From: Candidatus Borrarchaeum weybense
Lineage (GTDB): Archaea; Asgardarchaeota; Sifarchaeia; Borrarchaeales; Borrarchaeaceae
Assembly: GCA_019057385.1 (NCBI GenBank)
Contig: JAHQJS010000006.1
Span: forward strand, 805,038-869,037
Length of the DNA: 64,000 bases
Direction: 5' to 3'
The notes below the pieces were generated by a model. The model did no database searches. It was not told where the DNA came from and worked only from the letters and a program-made list of their open reading frames with translations. The translations under genes and the position numbers were made by a program. Positions 29,202-39,507 of the stretch are shown in pieces. Numbering within the stretch: position 1 is the first letter of the stretch; every line of letters begins with the position of its first letter.

Positions 29202-30593
29202 CTACCAACCAAATATGGTTGCAAGCAGGAAAAGATAGCCTGTTGCTACTGCGAGATCTACAAATGTAATAATACTCCCAAGTTTGATGAAATCAAGCCA
29301 TGAAATAGGTGTTCCTTCCTTTTCTAAAAGTCCTATACCTATGATGTTCGACACTCCTCCAATGGGCGTGAGGCTCGCACCCAGATTCGCGCCGAGAATT
29401 GTTGCCCAGATGATCGCAGTCTCGTTAAAGCCTCCCGTAGCAGCGATAGTTGGAATGACAAAGATAAGGACAGCCGTTACACTGACATTGTCCATGAATC
29501 CGCTCAGAATCCCAGTCATCCAAACGAGTATTATCCATAGAAGATACTTATTTCCCCCTGACAAGCCTCCAATGCTTTCAGCAAATATATCCAAAATACC
29601 AACTTTATGAGCTCCTCCAACAAGAATAAATATCGCTATGAAGAAGATTACCATCTCCCAATCAACCTTATGGAGCAATACCTCTATTCTTTTATCTGAA
29701 AAGAAAATAAAAAGTATTGCACTGGTTAACGCAACGAGGAAGAAAGGCACATTTATGAAACTAGCAACTGCAAATGTAGTGATTGTCCCTATTAGCAAAA
29801 ATGCAGACCTGTAGAAGGCACTGCGATTCTTCACGACTAACCATTCGTCCAGTCCAATCAATGTTCTTTTTAAGTCTTCAGAGAGTGTTTCAGCATCTTT
29901 TTGTAACCTTTTTCCATAAATTAACTTGAATACAATTAGATTAACAACAACAAGAAGGCCACCTATAGGAATCGCAAGAGCAGCAAATGCACCATATGAA
30001 AGAAAATACACAGGGTCAAGATTATAGTTTGAAGCGATTAATATGTTGACGAAACTACTGATCACAGTGCAAACACCAGCTGTATTTGCGATCATAATCT
30101 CGCTAACAAGAAACGGCAATGGATCTAAATCTAGGTTTTTTGTTACAACTAGCGTTAACGCGCCCACGATGACAAAAGCAGGGGATGAAGTAAGCGCAGA
30201 GAGACCAAAGGTCAACAGATTCATATATAAGAAGATCCTTATTGGTTCGCCTTTCGTTAACTTGACGATTTTAATAGTTATCCAGTCAAAAAGTCCGGAT
30301 TCACGAGCCGCTTCGACTACGATAAGAATACTCACAACAATTGTGATAGTCTGCCAATCAATTAATTCACTGAATATCTCAGCATCGGAAAATACTTCAA
30401 CGCCTGTAGTTAGAAATGTAACCTTAACAAAAATTAAAACTCCTAATCCACCCACTAACGCAGCCACTGTTTTATTTATTTTCTCAGTTGAAATCAGGGC
30501 ATATGTTGCAATTAAAATGATTGTAATTCCAATCATTGAAATTAGGCTGTTTGTTGACAAATATCTGCCTCTCCAGTACTTTGCACCCGTCAT
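29202..30593 (-). CDS. ArsB/NhaD transporter, copy 2
   Basis: Paralog of 26954..28309; same motifs. Confidence 0.85.
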   Translation of the reverse strand: MTGAKYWRGRYLSTNSLISMIGITIILIATYALISTEKINKTVAALVGGLGVLIFVKVTFLTTGVEVFSDAEIFSELIDWQTITIVVSILIVVEAARESGLFDWITIKIVKLTKGEPIRIFLYMNLLTFGLSALTSSPAFVIVGALTLVVTKNLDLDPLPFLVSEIMIANTAGVCTVISSFVNILIASNYNLDPVYFLSYGAFAALAIPIGGLLVVVNLIVFKLIYGKRLQKDAETLSEDLKRTLIGLDEWLVVKNRSAFYRSAFLLIGTITTFAVASFINVPFFLVALTSAILFIFFSDKRIEVLLHKVDWEMVIFFIAIFILVGGAHKVGILDIFAESIGGLSGGNKYLLWIILVWMTGILSGFMDNVSVTAVLIFVIPTIAATGGFNETAIIWATILGANLGASLTPIGGVSNIIGIGLLEKEGTPISWLDFIKLGSIITFVDLAVATGYLFLLATIFGW

Positions 30594-30771
30594 TAAATAG
30601 CCGAAACTGCATTCAAAGAAGATTTGCTAACCACATAGTATCAGAAATTTCTATTAAGAGTAGTATAATGACGTTAACTATTTATAAAAAGTATATGAGC
30701 AACAATTTTTAATCAATTAGATTTATCTGTGAAACCAATAAGATTTTCTTTAGAAAAGGAAAAGAATGTTT

Positions 30772-32559
30772 TTAGGAGTTATTTAGATCTTTATTATCCA
30801 CGTCATCAGTATCTATTGCTTCAATCTCTCCTAAATCTTTTAATTCTCCTACATCCTCAACAATACCTTCAATTTTCTCAAGATCAGTTTTTTCTTCTGA
30901 AACCTTCTTTCGATTAAGGGTCTTGCGGATACCCCCAAATAACCTTTTTAGTATTGATGGTCCTTCTGCTGTTCCCTCCATTAGTCTAAGAAGTTCAGCT
31001 TCGACATCTTGAATCTTTCTTTCGTACAACTTCACTAAATCTTCACAAGATCTATCCCCAATTTCACAATCTTCTAAAGCATCATATAGACGCTCACAAG
31101 CGTTCCTATACGCCTCTAGTTCTATCTTGAGGGCTTTAATTCTATTTCTTTGCTCAGCATCGAGTGCTTTCTTTTTTTCTGATAAAATGCGGTATTCATC
31201 TTGATAGGGTGTAGAGAGCCTTGTGTAAGTGGTTCTCCCAATTTCTCTATTTTCTAAAGCCTCGTGTAATCTCAATATAACTGCCGCTGTTGCAATTTGC
31301 TTTGCAGTAATCTCCTCAAGTTCATCAACTTCAACTACTACACCAGTTTCTGAAGCTATAAAAGGAATAGTAAGGCCTTGAATAGCGGACGTGAAAAGAA
31401 GAACTAACATTGACGCGTTTACTAATGCCGTTGCATTAGCCGGGTTAGATATATGCAGTTCTTCAAATGAAATTGCGACTAAGGCAGCAGTAGCTAATCC
31501 TCGCATTCCAGTCCAACCCACAAACAGCGTTTCACCTAGAGATAACTTAGTTCCTAGTGTACTAATTAGAACTGCTATTGGTCTTGATACGAGAATTATT
31601 GCTGTCATAAGTAGTGCTAACGGGACAAATGCAATAGCTTCAAGAGGGTTGAAAAAGGCACCAATCAGAATGAAAGCAATAATTTCTCCAAGAAACGATA
31701 TATTCTCCCAAATTTCCAGGGTTCCTTCTTTCGGAAAGGGCTGCTTTTTGATTATATGCGGGCTGCCTAAAGTTATGCCTGCTATAAGTGCTGCTATGGC
31801 TGAACTCGCCCCTGACAGTTCTGCAAGAGAAAATGCTAATAGGGCAGCACTGATGGTTATTAAGGAAATCTCTAATTTTCTACGGACACGTTCTATTAGT
31901 ACATTTCCCAACCAACCACAAGCTAAGCCGATAATTATGCCGCCAATAAGTGTCCAAATTATTAACAACACATTAAATTGAAATTGATTTGTTTTTGCTG
32001 CAGGAAGAAATATCCGTGTAACAATTACGATTCCAACAGCATCGTTAAAAGCCGATTCTCCACCTAAAGTAGTCTCTAAATTCTTTTTGATCTTTGTTCC
32101 TCCGCCCTCGAACAAAGCAAACGTAGCTGCAGGATCAGTCGGTGAAAAAATACTTCCAAAAAGAAGAGCTAGAATTAAAGTTAACTCAAATGCGAACTGT
32201 CCCAGTGCACCAATGAGAAATGTGGTTAACAACGTTCCAAGTGATGCTAACAAAATTACAGGCTTAATTGATTTCTTGAGTTCGTCAATATTAAGATGTA
32301 AGCCTTCTCTGAATAAAACGGCAGCAAGTGCTAGCGTTGCTACTATTTCTAAGGGAATGCCCATTTCTTCTAAATTGAACAGTGGAGTAGCGAATAACGA
32401 ATTTATGACACCAAGGGCTATCCCAGTAAGTATTAAAGGGAGTGTGCGTGGGAATTTTCTGTGTTCCGCGGCGCGAGCTACGAAAATTCCGATTACCACA
32501 ACAATTGCGATAAAGAATAGTATTGGATCTATTTCGATTTGCACCGCTGACACCCTCAA
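30772..32559 (-). CDS. CPA1 (NhaP-type) cation/H+ antiporter with helical C-terminal tail
   Basis: SPTDPA, GESAFND, GMRG motifs. Confidence 0.88.
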   Translation of the reverse strand: MRVSAVQIEIDPILFFIAIVVVIGIFVARAAEHRKFPRTLPLILTGIALGVINSLFATPLFNLEEMGIPLEIVATLALAAVLFREGLHLNIDELKKSIKPVILLASLGTLLTTFLIGALGQFAFELTLILALLFGSIFSPTDPAATFALFEGGGTKIKKNLETTLGGESAFNDAVGIVIVTRIFLPAAKTNQFQFNVLLIIWTLIGGIIIGLACGWLGNVLIERVRRKLEISLITISAALLAFSLAELSGASSAIAALIAGITLGSPHIIKKQPFPKEGTLEIWENISFLGEIIAFILIGAFFNPLEAIAFVPLALLMTAIILVSRPIAVLISTLGTKLSLGETLFVGWTGMRGLATAALVAISFEELHISNPANATALVNASMLVLLFTSAIQGLTIPFIASETGVVVEVDELEEITAKQIATAAVILRLHEALENREIGRTTYTRLSTPYQDEYRILSEKKKALDAEQRNRIKALKIELEAYRNACERLYDALEDCEIGDRSCEDLVKLYERKIQDVEAELLRLMEGTAEGPSILKRLFGGIRKTLNRKKVSEEKTDLEKIEGIVEDVGELKDLGEIEAIDTDDVDNKDLNNS

Positions 32560-32742
32560 AACATGAACTGTTTATGCCTTTTATAGTTTTACTATAGATG
32601 CAATAACTTAAGAAAATCTCTTTTGTGATTCATAGCGCTACATGCATTAAACAATGGGGATAGAATCAAACAAAAATCGTTTGAAGTTCACTTCAAAGTA
32701 CTGTAATTAAAAAAATCTTATTTAAATGTATTAGAAACGCAT

Positions 32743-33492
32743 TCAACCTGATAGAATTACAATTCCTTTATCTGATATTTCAAAGAAGAAGTTCTTTAGT
32801 GAATGCTGAGTAGACCGCATTTTGCGAATCTGCAGATTTCTCTTTAGATTACCTGCGTCATCATTTCTTAAGAATAACTGAATCACGCCTTGGGCGAGAA
32901 ATTCTTCAATCCCGAAACGGGAAATGGATGAGTTTTCTGGTGATTCAACTGTCATAAGAGATGTAACTTCTAACTCATTTAAAAAGGATGTCAACTGAAA
33001 TATTATTGATCTTATCTTTCCCAGCGAATCATAACGAAAACCAAGTGCAGATAATGAATCGACTACCGCACGTTTCGCATTGATTTCTTTATGCGTGTCG
33101 TATATTTTTTTTATAATCAGTGGCAAATCTAACTCACGCAAAGTATAGCGTTCATCTGAAGGTAACCCCGCTCTTGGTGTTGCTATATCGATGATCGCTA
33201 GTAAAGGTGGGTTTGCCTCTTCTAATTCTTTCAAATCCCATCCAAACATAGCTGCTTCTCTTCGTAATTCAGCCGGGCTTTCATCGATCGTTATCAACAA
33301 GCCTGGTTCATTATATGTTTTAGCTCCATTCCATAAGAACTGCAAACTTAAGATCGTTTTACCCGTTCCGACGCCCCCAGTAATAACTGTTGAAGAATTC
33401 TTAATGAATCCACCATGGAGAAGATCGTCTAGTTCTGGAATCCCTATTTTCACTCGTTCAATCGAATTCATAGAAATATTCCCCGAATTCAT
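32743..33492 (-). CDS. KaiC/GvpD/RAD55-family single-domain ATPase
   Basis: GIPELDDLLHGG, GGVGTGKT, VVDSLS, IRKMRST.H. Confidence 0.88.
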   Translation of the reverse strand: MNSGNISMNSIERVKIGIPELDDLLHGGFIKNSSTVITGGVGTGKTILSLQFLWNGAKTYNEPGLLITIDESPAELRREAAMFGWDLKELEEANPPLLAIIDIATPRAGLPSDERYTLRELDLPLIIKKIYDTHKEINAKRAVVDSLSALGFRYDSLGKIRSIIFQLTSFLNELEVTSLMTVESPENSSISRFGIEEFLAQGVIQLFLRNDDAGNLKRNLQIRKMRSTQHSLKNFFFEISDKGIVILSG

Positions 33493-33723
33493 TTTGAATA
33501 GTTCGCTATTGTTACTATGGTTTTTGCAATATTTATACTTTAAATTGCAGTTTTTACCTAATGCCTCGGAGCGTAATACGACTACGAAATTTTCTACTAT
33601 TGAATTTTTCGCGAAGCTTTTTCATATTTGTTATGGTAAATTTGTTCTCAAAAATACATGTTATATGAAAAAAATACAGTGAAACAATTGTTTTGCTTCA
33701 CCTTATAATTGATTGAGAATTTA

Positions 33724-34038
33724 GTGAGCTACCTCGTGCGAAAGCCACAAGGCTTCCTGCTTCTACGACAGACTCGATCCCCTGGCGGGTTACGGAGGTC
33801 ATATCTCCACAGGCTTAACATCCCTACGCTCCGTAGGTACGGCGAACGATGGTGATGCAATCGGAGTATGCACCTTATCTGCAAGTGTGCGTATGATCCC
33901 TCCAATTGTTATTGATACCTCCCACATATCACCTATATAACGGTAGGGAGACCCCTCGATGTACGTGATGAACGTGAACACCCACTACCGCCATTCATCA
34001 CCACGCTGAAGCTGTGGTGCTTTCTTGCTTAATTAATC
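33724..34038 (-). mobile_element. TnpB-derived miniature IS200/IS605 element (MITE 1)
   Basis: Minus strand: TTTAC|..CAAGAAAGCACCACAGCTTCAGCGTGGTGATGAATGGC left end; TnpB-tail-like ...PTERRDVKPVEI*; right end GAAGCAGGAAGCC..GGTAGCTCAC. Confidence 0.75.
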
Positions 34039-34322
34039 GTAAAAATTTATTAAAAGAAAAAAGCCAGAATGCTTTCCTGTCACCCACGCCTTTAAAACCC
34101 CTTGAATTATCATTTTTGTGGTCATTTAATTCTTGTACAATTTTTAACGTTTTTTAAGGGAAATGACCTCAAATTGTCTTTTTGAGAAAATACTCACAAT
34201 GAATTTTAGGAAATTCATAGTTTTAGGTAAATAATATCGATACCAAAAAACTAAAAACTAAAAGCACTTATTTTAGCACCTGCTCACGTTAATTATACAT
34301 CCAAATTGCTAGATATACTCAA

Positions 34323-35573
34323 ATGATTTACAAATTAGGTGATGTGGCGATTATGAACAAGGCAGTTGTTATCGAGCAACTGAAAAATATTCCGCTTCCT
34401 CAGCAAAGAGTTGAAATTGTAGAACGAAAGGGGCTTGGACATCCTGATAACATGTGTGATGCAATTATGGATCAAATTTCTGTGAAGCTTAGTCAAGAAT
34501 ATCTGAAAAAATTTGGTGTAATTCTCCACCACAACATCGATAAAGCATTATTAGCTGCTGGAGAAGTAAAGCACGAATTTGGAGGCGGTCATGTTATTAA
34601 GCCTATGCGGTTAATAATTGGTGACCGAGCTACAAGTAGGTATGGTGATGAAGTAATACCTGTTGATGAAATTGCCATACAAACAGCAAAAGACTGGTTA
34701 AAGGCGAAAATCAGAGGTATTGACCCAACTAAACATGTGGAGTATCAGATAGAACTGAAAGAGGGCTCAGAAGAACTTAAGGACATTTTTCATAAGAATG
34801 AAGGGATTCTTGTCGCAAATGACACATCAGCGGCTGTTGGATATGCACCATTAACCTATACTGAAAAGACTGTATTATCCTTAGAACGATATCTTAATTC
34901 ACGTCAATTTAAAAACCAATTTCCAGAAACTGGGGAAGACGTGAAGGTTATGGGTCATAGAAATGGTCAATCGCTCAATATGATTGTAGCTATGCCCATG
35001 TTGGACTCTTATATGGACTCAGAAGCAACATATTTTCGAAAGAAGAATGAAGTATTAGAGACAATACAAACTTTCGTAGCAAACGAACTTGTAGATGACT
35101 CGCCTACCTTGGATCTATCTTTTAATACACTAGATAGAGAAGGAAAAGGTATTTCTGGATTATATCTGAGCACGCTAGGCACAAGTGCAGAAAGCGCGGA
35201 CAGCGGCCAAGTAGGGCGAGGAAATAGAGCAAATGGATTAATAACTTTAAACAGACCAGTTAGTAGTGAAGCAGCAGCAGGGAAAAACCCTGTGAGTCAC
35301 GTCGGAAAGATTTATAGTTTGTTAAGCCATAAAATTGCAAACGAAATCTATACAACATTTAAAGATGATATAGAAGAAGCATATATATGGTTGTTAAGCA
35401 AAATTGGGCAACCAATTGATAAACCAGAACTAGCAGCGGCAGAAATAATTATGAAAGAAGGAAAGGAACTCTCTTCTATTTCAGAACAGGTCAATGAACT
35501 AATAGAATCCTCTTTTCAAAATATAGATGAATTGTGTAATGACCTAGCTCTAGGTAGATATCCTGTTGCATAA
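34323..35573 (+). CDS. mat: Archaeal S-adenosylmethionine synthetase
   Basis: VERKGLGHPD, ANDTS, GEDVKVMG, DSGQVGRGNR, AAGKNPVSHVGKIY. Confidence 0.95.
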   Translation: MIYKLGDVAIMNKAVVIEQLKNIPLPQQRVEIVERKGLGHPDNMCDAIMDQISVKLSQEYLKKFGVILHHNIDKALLAAGEVKHEFGGGHVIKPMRLIIGDRATSRYGDEVIPVDEIAIQTAKDWLKAKIRGIDPTKHVEYQIELKEGSEELKDIFHKNEGILVANDTSAAVGYAPLTYTEKTVLSLERYLNSRQFKNQFPETGEDVKVMGHRNGQSLNMIVAMPMLDSYMDSEATYFRKKNEVLETIQTFVANELVDDSPTLDLSFNTLDREGKGISGLYLSTLGTSAESADSGQVGRGNRANGLITLNRPVSSEAAAGKNPVSHVGKIYSLLSHKIANEIYTTFKDDIEEAYIWLLSKIGQPIDKPELAAAEIIMKEGKELSSISEQVNELIESSFQNIDELCNDLALGRYPVA

Positions 35574-35600
35574 GAAAATAGCTTAGATACTATTCTAATT

Positions 35601-35667
35601 TCTGAAAGATGCATACAAAATTATATTGTCTGAAAGATGCATACAAAATTATATTGTCTGAAAGATG
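35601..35667 (+). repeat. 28-bp tandem repeat, 2.4 copies (TCTGAAAGATGCATACAAAATTATATTG)
   Basis: Direct reading. Confidence 0.9.
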
Positions 35668-35870
35668 TGCCCAACAAACAAAAATCAATGGAAAAAAGAT
35701 ATCTAGACGTTTCGACTTCCTTTTCACCAGATCCCATGCTTACGCCATCTGGCTGGAATATAGTCCTCGATATCAACCTTTTCGGATATTTGAGGAGTGC
35801 AAGATTCTTTTGATATTCGACTCTCATAAATTTCAATAGTTCCCATTTTTCATCAACTATAGATAGTATC

Positions 35871-36404
35871 TTTACAAACGTAAAGTTTTTTCTATCAAAA
35901 GATAGATTGGTTTGTAGTAACAAATATAATATCTTATTTAAAAAGTTTTTGATAAAGCACAAAAAGCTCTAAATTAGTAGGCCTTATTTAAATAGGATTA
36001 GACACTTTCATAGCAATTTACAAAAGTAAAAACATTGACAAATGTAAAGCCGTCACTCTAATTGAGTAATTTACAACATCTAGGACTCTTGCGTTCAATT
36101 TAGGATCGAATTATTAGCGCGTGAAGGAAAGTTGACATCCATTTTTTTATTTCCAGGTTTCAAATATGTATCTTAAAATGTTTTTTCGTTTTTCATTTCA
36201 AAGAGGAACATTCATGAGGCAATTATTTGAATCAAAGTAAATTTTTTGCTTATATAGATGAACATCTTTTGGAGATAGATCTTATAGAATCTGCTTTGAT
36301 TAAACAGATTTAATTGATGCTTTAATTGTGTTAAATCAAAATCCCATTCTCACATTTACAAATGTAAATGACTATTCAAAATCAAATTAGTTAGCTTTTG
36401 TAAA
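35871..36404. repeat. Dispersed palindromic boxes TTTAC-N4-GTAAA (35871, 36017, 36035, 36355; degenerate inverted copy at 36391)
   Basis: TTTACAAACGTAAA, TTTACAAAAGTAAA, TTGACAAATGTAAA, TTTACAAATGTAAA, TTAGCTTTTGTAAA. Confidence 0.7.
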
Positions 36405-36431
36405 TCTTTGTATTTTTGAGAAAGGTCCAAA

Positions 36432-38081
36432 CTATAAATATTGAGGACTCCTAAAAGAAAGATATTGACTCATTTTCTCTTCCCAGATTTTAGGCACACA
36501 TTCTAGCAGTTTTTTTCGTTTTACATTTTTGAAGGGAAATCCCAATAGACACGCAATTGCATCAAGATACATTTTCTGGTTATTGAGATATCCACACTTC
36601 TTCGCAAGAGACTTATCAAATCCATTCATTCTTGCTATTTTGCCCAAAGCAGTAGCAGTACCCGATCCGAATTGCATAGCAATTTTCTTACGCTTAATAA
36701 CTTTTTTTGGGAGATTAAGTTTTTCAGCAACTCGCCGTAGTATCCATTTTCTTATGAAAGTGTTTCTACTTGTGTCATACACTTTGAAGGATGCTGGAAT
36801 TCTCATCGAATACTCTACTATCCTTTGATCTAGAAAAGGCAATCTGGATAAAGTTCTATGTGATTTGCTTAAAGTGTCATCACGTTCAAGAGTAATAGGA
36901 GGAAACGTCTTAAATTCTTCCCATAACTGCTCGTATAATGCTTCATGGCCCTCCGATTTAACTGTGTCTACATGCCGAGAATAACCGCCAAAAAGTTCAT
37001 CTAGTCCTTGCCCTGAAAAAAAAAGTTGAATCCCATCCTTTTTTGCAAGTAAGGTTGAGAAATGGACGGGGATTGCGATGTTTATCTGCATGATTTCTGG
37101 TTGTTCGATGTAAAAAAGAATTCTCGGGATTTCTACTTCGACATCTTCAAGAATTAACTCATTTATTTTAAGAGTAGCATCATATGTGCTAAAAGATTCC
37201 ATAGCGTGCTCCAGATCGGAAGAATTTTGAAAACCTGATGAGTAGAGATTAAAGTCCACGTCATAGTCCGAAACATACCTTGCCAGAATGGAACTGTCGA
37301 GTCCACCTGAAAATAGTACACCAAATTTCTCATTATAATCTGGCAATCTTCGCTCAATCGCAAACCGAAAGTATCCCTCAAGCGCTTGGATCATTTTATT
37401 GAGAGGTAAATCAAACATCTGACGTTTTTGCAAGCCTTCTCCTGCAAAATCTGCTACATCTCCCGATCCTGAAACGATATAGATTCTATCTTGGTGGACA
37501 CTTTGAATATCTTCGTAGAAGATGTTTTCAGATTTTTGAAAAAGGAGTGGTTTTCTTTGCGAAGAAAAAAGGATGCAGTCAGGAGTTTTCACAAAGTATA
37601 GTGGCTTAACTCCGATTGGATCTCTTGTAATGATCAATTTGTTATGCTTATGCAACATGATTATGAATACATATGCTCCTTCAAGCAGTAAAAGCATCTT
37701 TCTAACTGCTGAAGTTAAATCAAATGAAGAAAGCAGTTTCGTAAAAAGGTGGGCTACCAATTTGGCATCAGGATCTGTTTCTATAGAATATTCAGCGAGA
37801 TATTCCTCAAAAAATTCTCGATTATAAATTTCACCATCAAGAACAACAGCTAATTCATTCTTCTCATCTATGAAAGGTTGACTTATTCTGTTTTCAGTAT
37901 TTTGCCCAAGGTTAACTGCTCCAATACCATAGTTATGATCAACAACCGTAAACTTTTTAGGATCACTCAATTTCTGTTTATTCTGTATATCTGAAAGAAT
38001 TATCATATCTGAAAGTACTTGAGAAACCTTCTCAGACTTTTTACAATACGCTGCGATCAAACTGTGCACATTCATACACAT
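36432..38081 (-). CDS. Asparagine synthetase B-like protein with a degenerate glutaminase domain
   Basis: RDPIGVKPLY, FSGGLDSS, SGQGLDELFGGY, RLPFLD, KWILR; lacks the CGI/HRGPD start. Confidence 0.8.
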   Translation of the reverse strand: MCMNVHSLIAAYCKKSEKVSQVLSDMIILSDIQNKQKLSDPKKFTVVDHNYGIGAVNLGQNTENRISQPFIDEKNELAVVLDGEIYNREFFEEYLAEYSIETDPDAKLVAHLFTKLLSSFDLTSAVRKMLLLLEGAYVFIIMLHKHNKLIITRDPIGVKPLYFVKTPDCILFSSQRKPLLFQKSENIFYEDIQSVHQDRIYIVSGSGDVADFAGEGLQKRQMFDLPLNKMIQALEGYFRFAIERRLPDYNEKFGVLFSGGLDSSILARYVSDYDVDFNLYSSGFQNSSDLEHAMESFSTYDATLKINELILEDVEVEIPRILFYIEQPEIMQINIAIPVHFSTLLAKKDGIQLFFSGQGLDELFGGYSRHVDTVKSEGHEALYEQLWEEFKTFPPITLERDDTLSKSHRTLSRLPFLDQRIVEYSMRIPASFKVYDTSRNTFIRKWILRRVAEKLNLPKKVIKRKKIAMQFGSGTATALGKIARMNGFDKSLAKKCGYLNNQKMYLDAIACLLGFPFKNVKRKKLLECVPKIWEEKMSQYLSFRSPQYL

Positions 38082-38149
38082 TCAATTCCATCATGATTAA
38101 GTTCTAAGCAAATAACTCAGCAAATTCATAGACAGATGTATTTATTAAC

Positions 38150-38809
38150 ATGAAGTTTATTAACATCATTTTCAAAATCAAATTAAGCGTGGATGCATCA
38201 ATGAAACTAAAAATTTTTATCCCACCCCTTGCTGTGATTTGCCTCTTATTGGTCGCAGTACCTATCTCAGCACAAAATTACAGTGCTTCTTGGTCATTCA
38301 GTGATCCTTATACTAATACCTTTTCTTGCCAGTTAGACTATTACGACTCAATGTATTACGAAGAAACATATACGTTTGTTTTAAGAATAGAAATGACACA
38401 GCAAGCCCAAAATGACTATATACGCTTTTCGTTTTGCGATCTCCTCCTCGATAATAATGATTGGCTGTCATTCTCACTCAGTGAGACTGAATTTAACAGT
38501 GTAGGTGATACAGAAACTTTTTATCTCGGATTTACACCTCATTCGGGTACTGCCTCCAGTGGTCAACTTGCTGTAAAATTGGTTTATAGAACCTACATTG
38601 TCGGCGCGACATATGACGGCTATAGAGTAGAAGATATTGGCCAAGTTACATTTTCGGAAAAACCCGCAGAAACGACGTCGCCCGCAACGGAAGAACCAAC
38701 AACGTCTCCGCCAAGAGGAATACCCGGTTATCCTATTGAGGGAATCCTCATCGGCTTGGTCTTAGGACTTATCGCAGTATTTTTCATACGTCGAAATAAA
38801 AAAAGATAA
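38150..38809 (+). CDS. Secreted surface protein with Thr/Pro linker and IPGY-TM-basic C-terminal sorting signal (Loki-CTERM-like)
   Basis: Signal peptide MKLKIFIPP..ISAQ; C-terminus ETTSPATEEPTTSPP-RGIPGY-TM-RRNKKR. Confidence 0.75.
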   Translation: MKFINIIFKIKLSVDASMKLKIFIPPLAVICLLLVAVPISAQNYSASWSFSDPYTNTFSCQLDYYDSMYYEETYTFVLRIEMTQQAQNDYIRFSFCDLLLDNNDWLSFSLSETEFNSVGDTETFYLGFTPHSGTASSGQLAVKLVYRTYIVGATYDGYRVEDIGQVTFSEKPAETTSPATEEPTTSPPRGIPGYPIEGILIGLVLGLIAVFFIRRNKKR

Positions 38810-38856
38810 CTCAAATAAATCAATACGTTCCTCAATCTCTTTTTTTTTTGAAAAGC

Positions 38857-39507
38857 CTAGTCGGCTTCTTCTAAAGCAACGGCTCGTATCCACGAGGAAT
38901 CTAACCCTGCTATTCTGAGAGGAAAGCCTATGAAGAAAAACCTTTGCTTTGTTAACGCTTGAAGGTTATCTAATCCTTCGATTATTGGAATATCATTTCT
39001 AAGCAAGAAGTCATGTGTTGCCATGGAACCAGGTGCCTCAATAGAAATAGAGTCATCAATGCCCAGCATTTTTATTCTTTTTTCGTAAAAGTATTCAGCA
39101 GCATCAGGGGCTATGTAAGGGCGCTCTTCCATCTTGTAATTCTTAGAAGCAAATAGGAGAACTATATCTCCCTGATTGACTCCTTCTAAGTCATTAGGGC
39201 AAATAGACTCATTTGGTTTCTTATGAGTTAGAGCGATTACTAGGGCCTCACCGATGAAGTTTTCTAAAGGTAAAGATGCAATATCTTTTTCTCCTTTAAG
39301 ATAATGTGAGGGACCTTCGACGTGAGTGCCAATATGAGTTTCCGTCTCGACCCAGTACATATATGTATTATCCCCAGCGAAAATGAACTCTCTTAGTTCA
39401 AGACGCCGTAATTCAGTTCCATGCATGTATGTTCCATCAAAATGTTTAATTCCAGGCTGTAATTTCTTTGAAAGGTCAACCAGCCTGACGTTTACTAAGT
39501 CAATCAT
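38857..39507 (-). CDS. Cyclase family (kynurenine formamidase-like) metal hydrolase
   Basis: HIGTHVEGPSH, LGID, H..LL...IIEGL, PLRI.G.DSS..RAVA. Confidence 0.85.
   Translation of the reverse strand: MIDLVNVRLVDLSKKLQPGIKHFDGTYMHGTELRRLELREFIFAGDNTYMYWVETETHIGTHVEGPSHYLKGEKDIASLPLENFIGEALVIALTHKKPNESICPNDLEGVNQGDIVLLFASKNYKMEERPYIAPDAAEYFYEKRIKMLGIDDSISIEAPGSMATHDFLLRNDIPIIEGLDNLQALTKQRFFFIGFPLRIAGLDSSWIRAVALEEAD

Noticed and set aside
27036-32566. Long antisense ORFs over the transporter genes, and similar shadows elsewhere
   Set aside because: Typical stop-poor antisense frames of hydrophobic membrane-protein genes
33799-33981. 60-aa ORF as a real gene
   Set aside because: It spans the MITE's TATA region and a TnpB tail remnant
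35601-35667. 28-bp repeats as a CRISPR array
   Set aside because: Copies are directly adjacent with no spacers, and there are no cas genes
35574-36431. Canonical Orc1/Cdc6 replication origin or dif site
   Set aside because: No ORB (TTCCA..GGAA + G-string) or dif-like arms were recognised, and no adjacent cdc6; kept only as an unknown binding array
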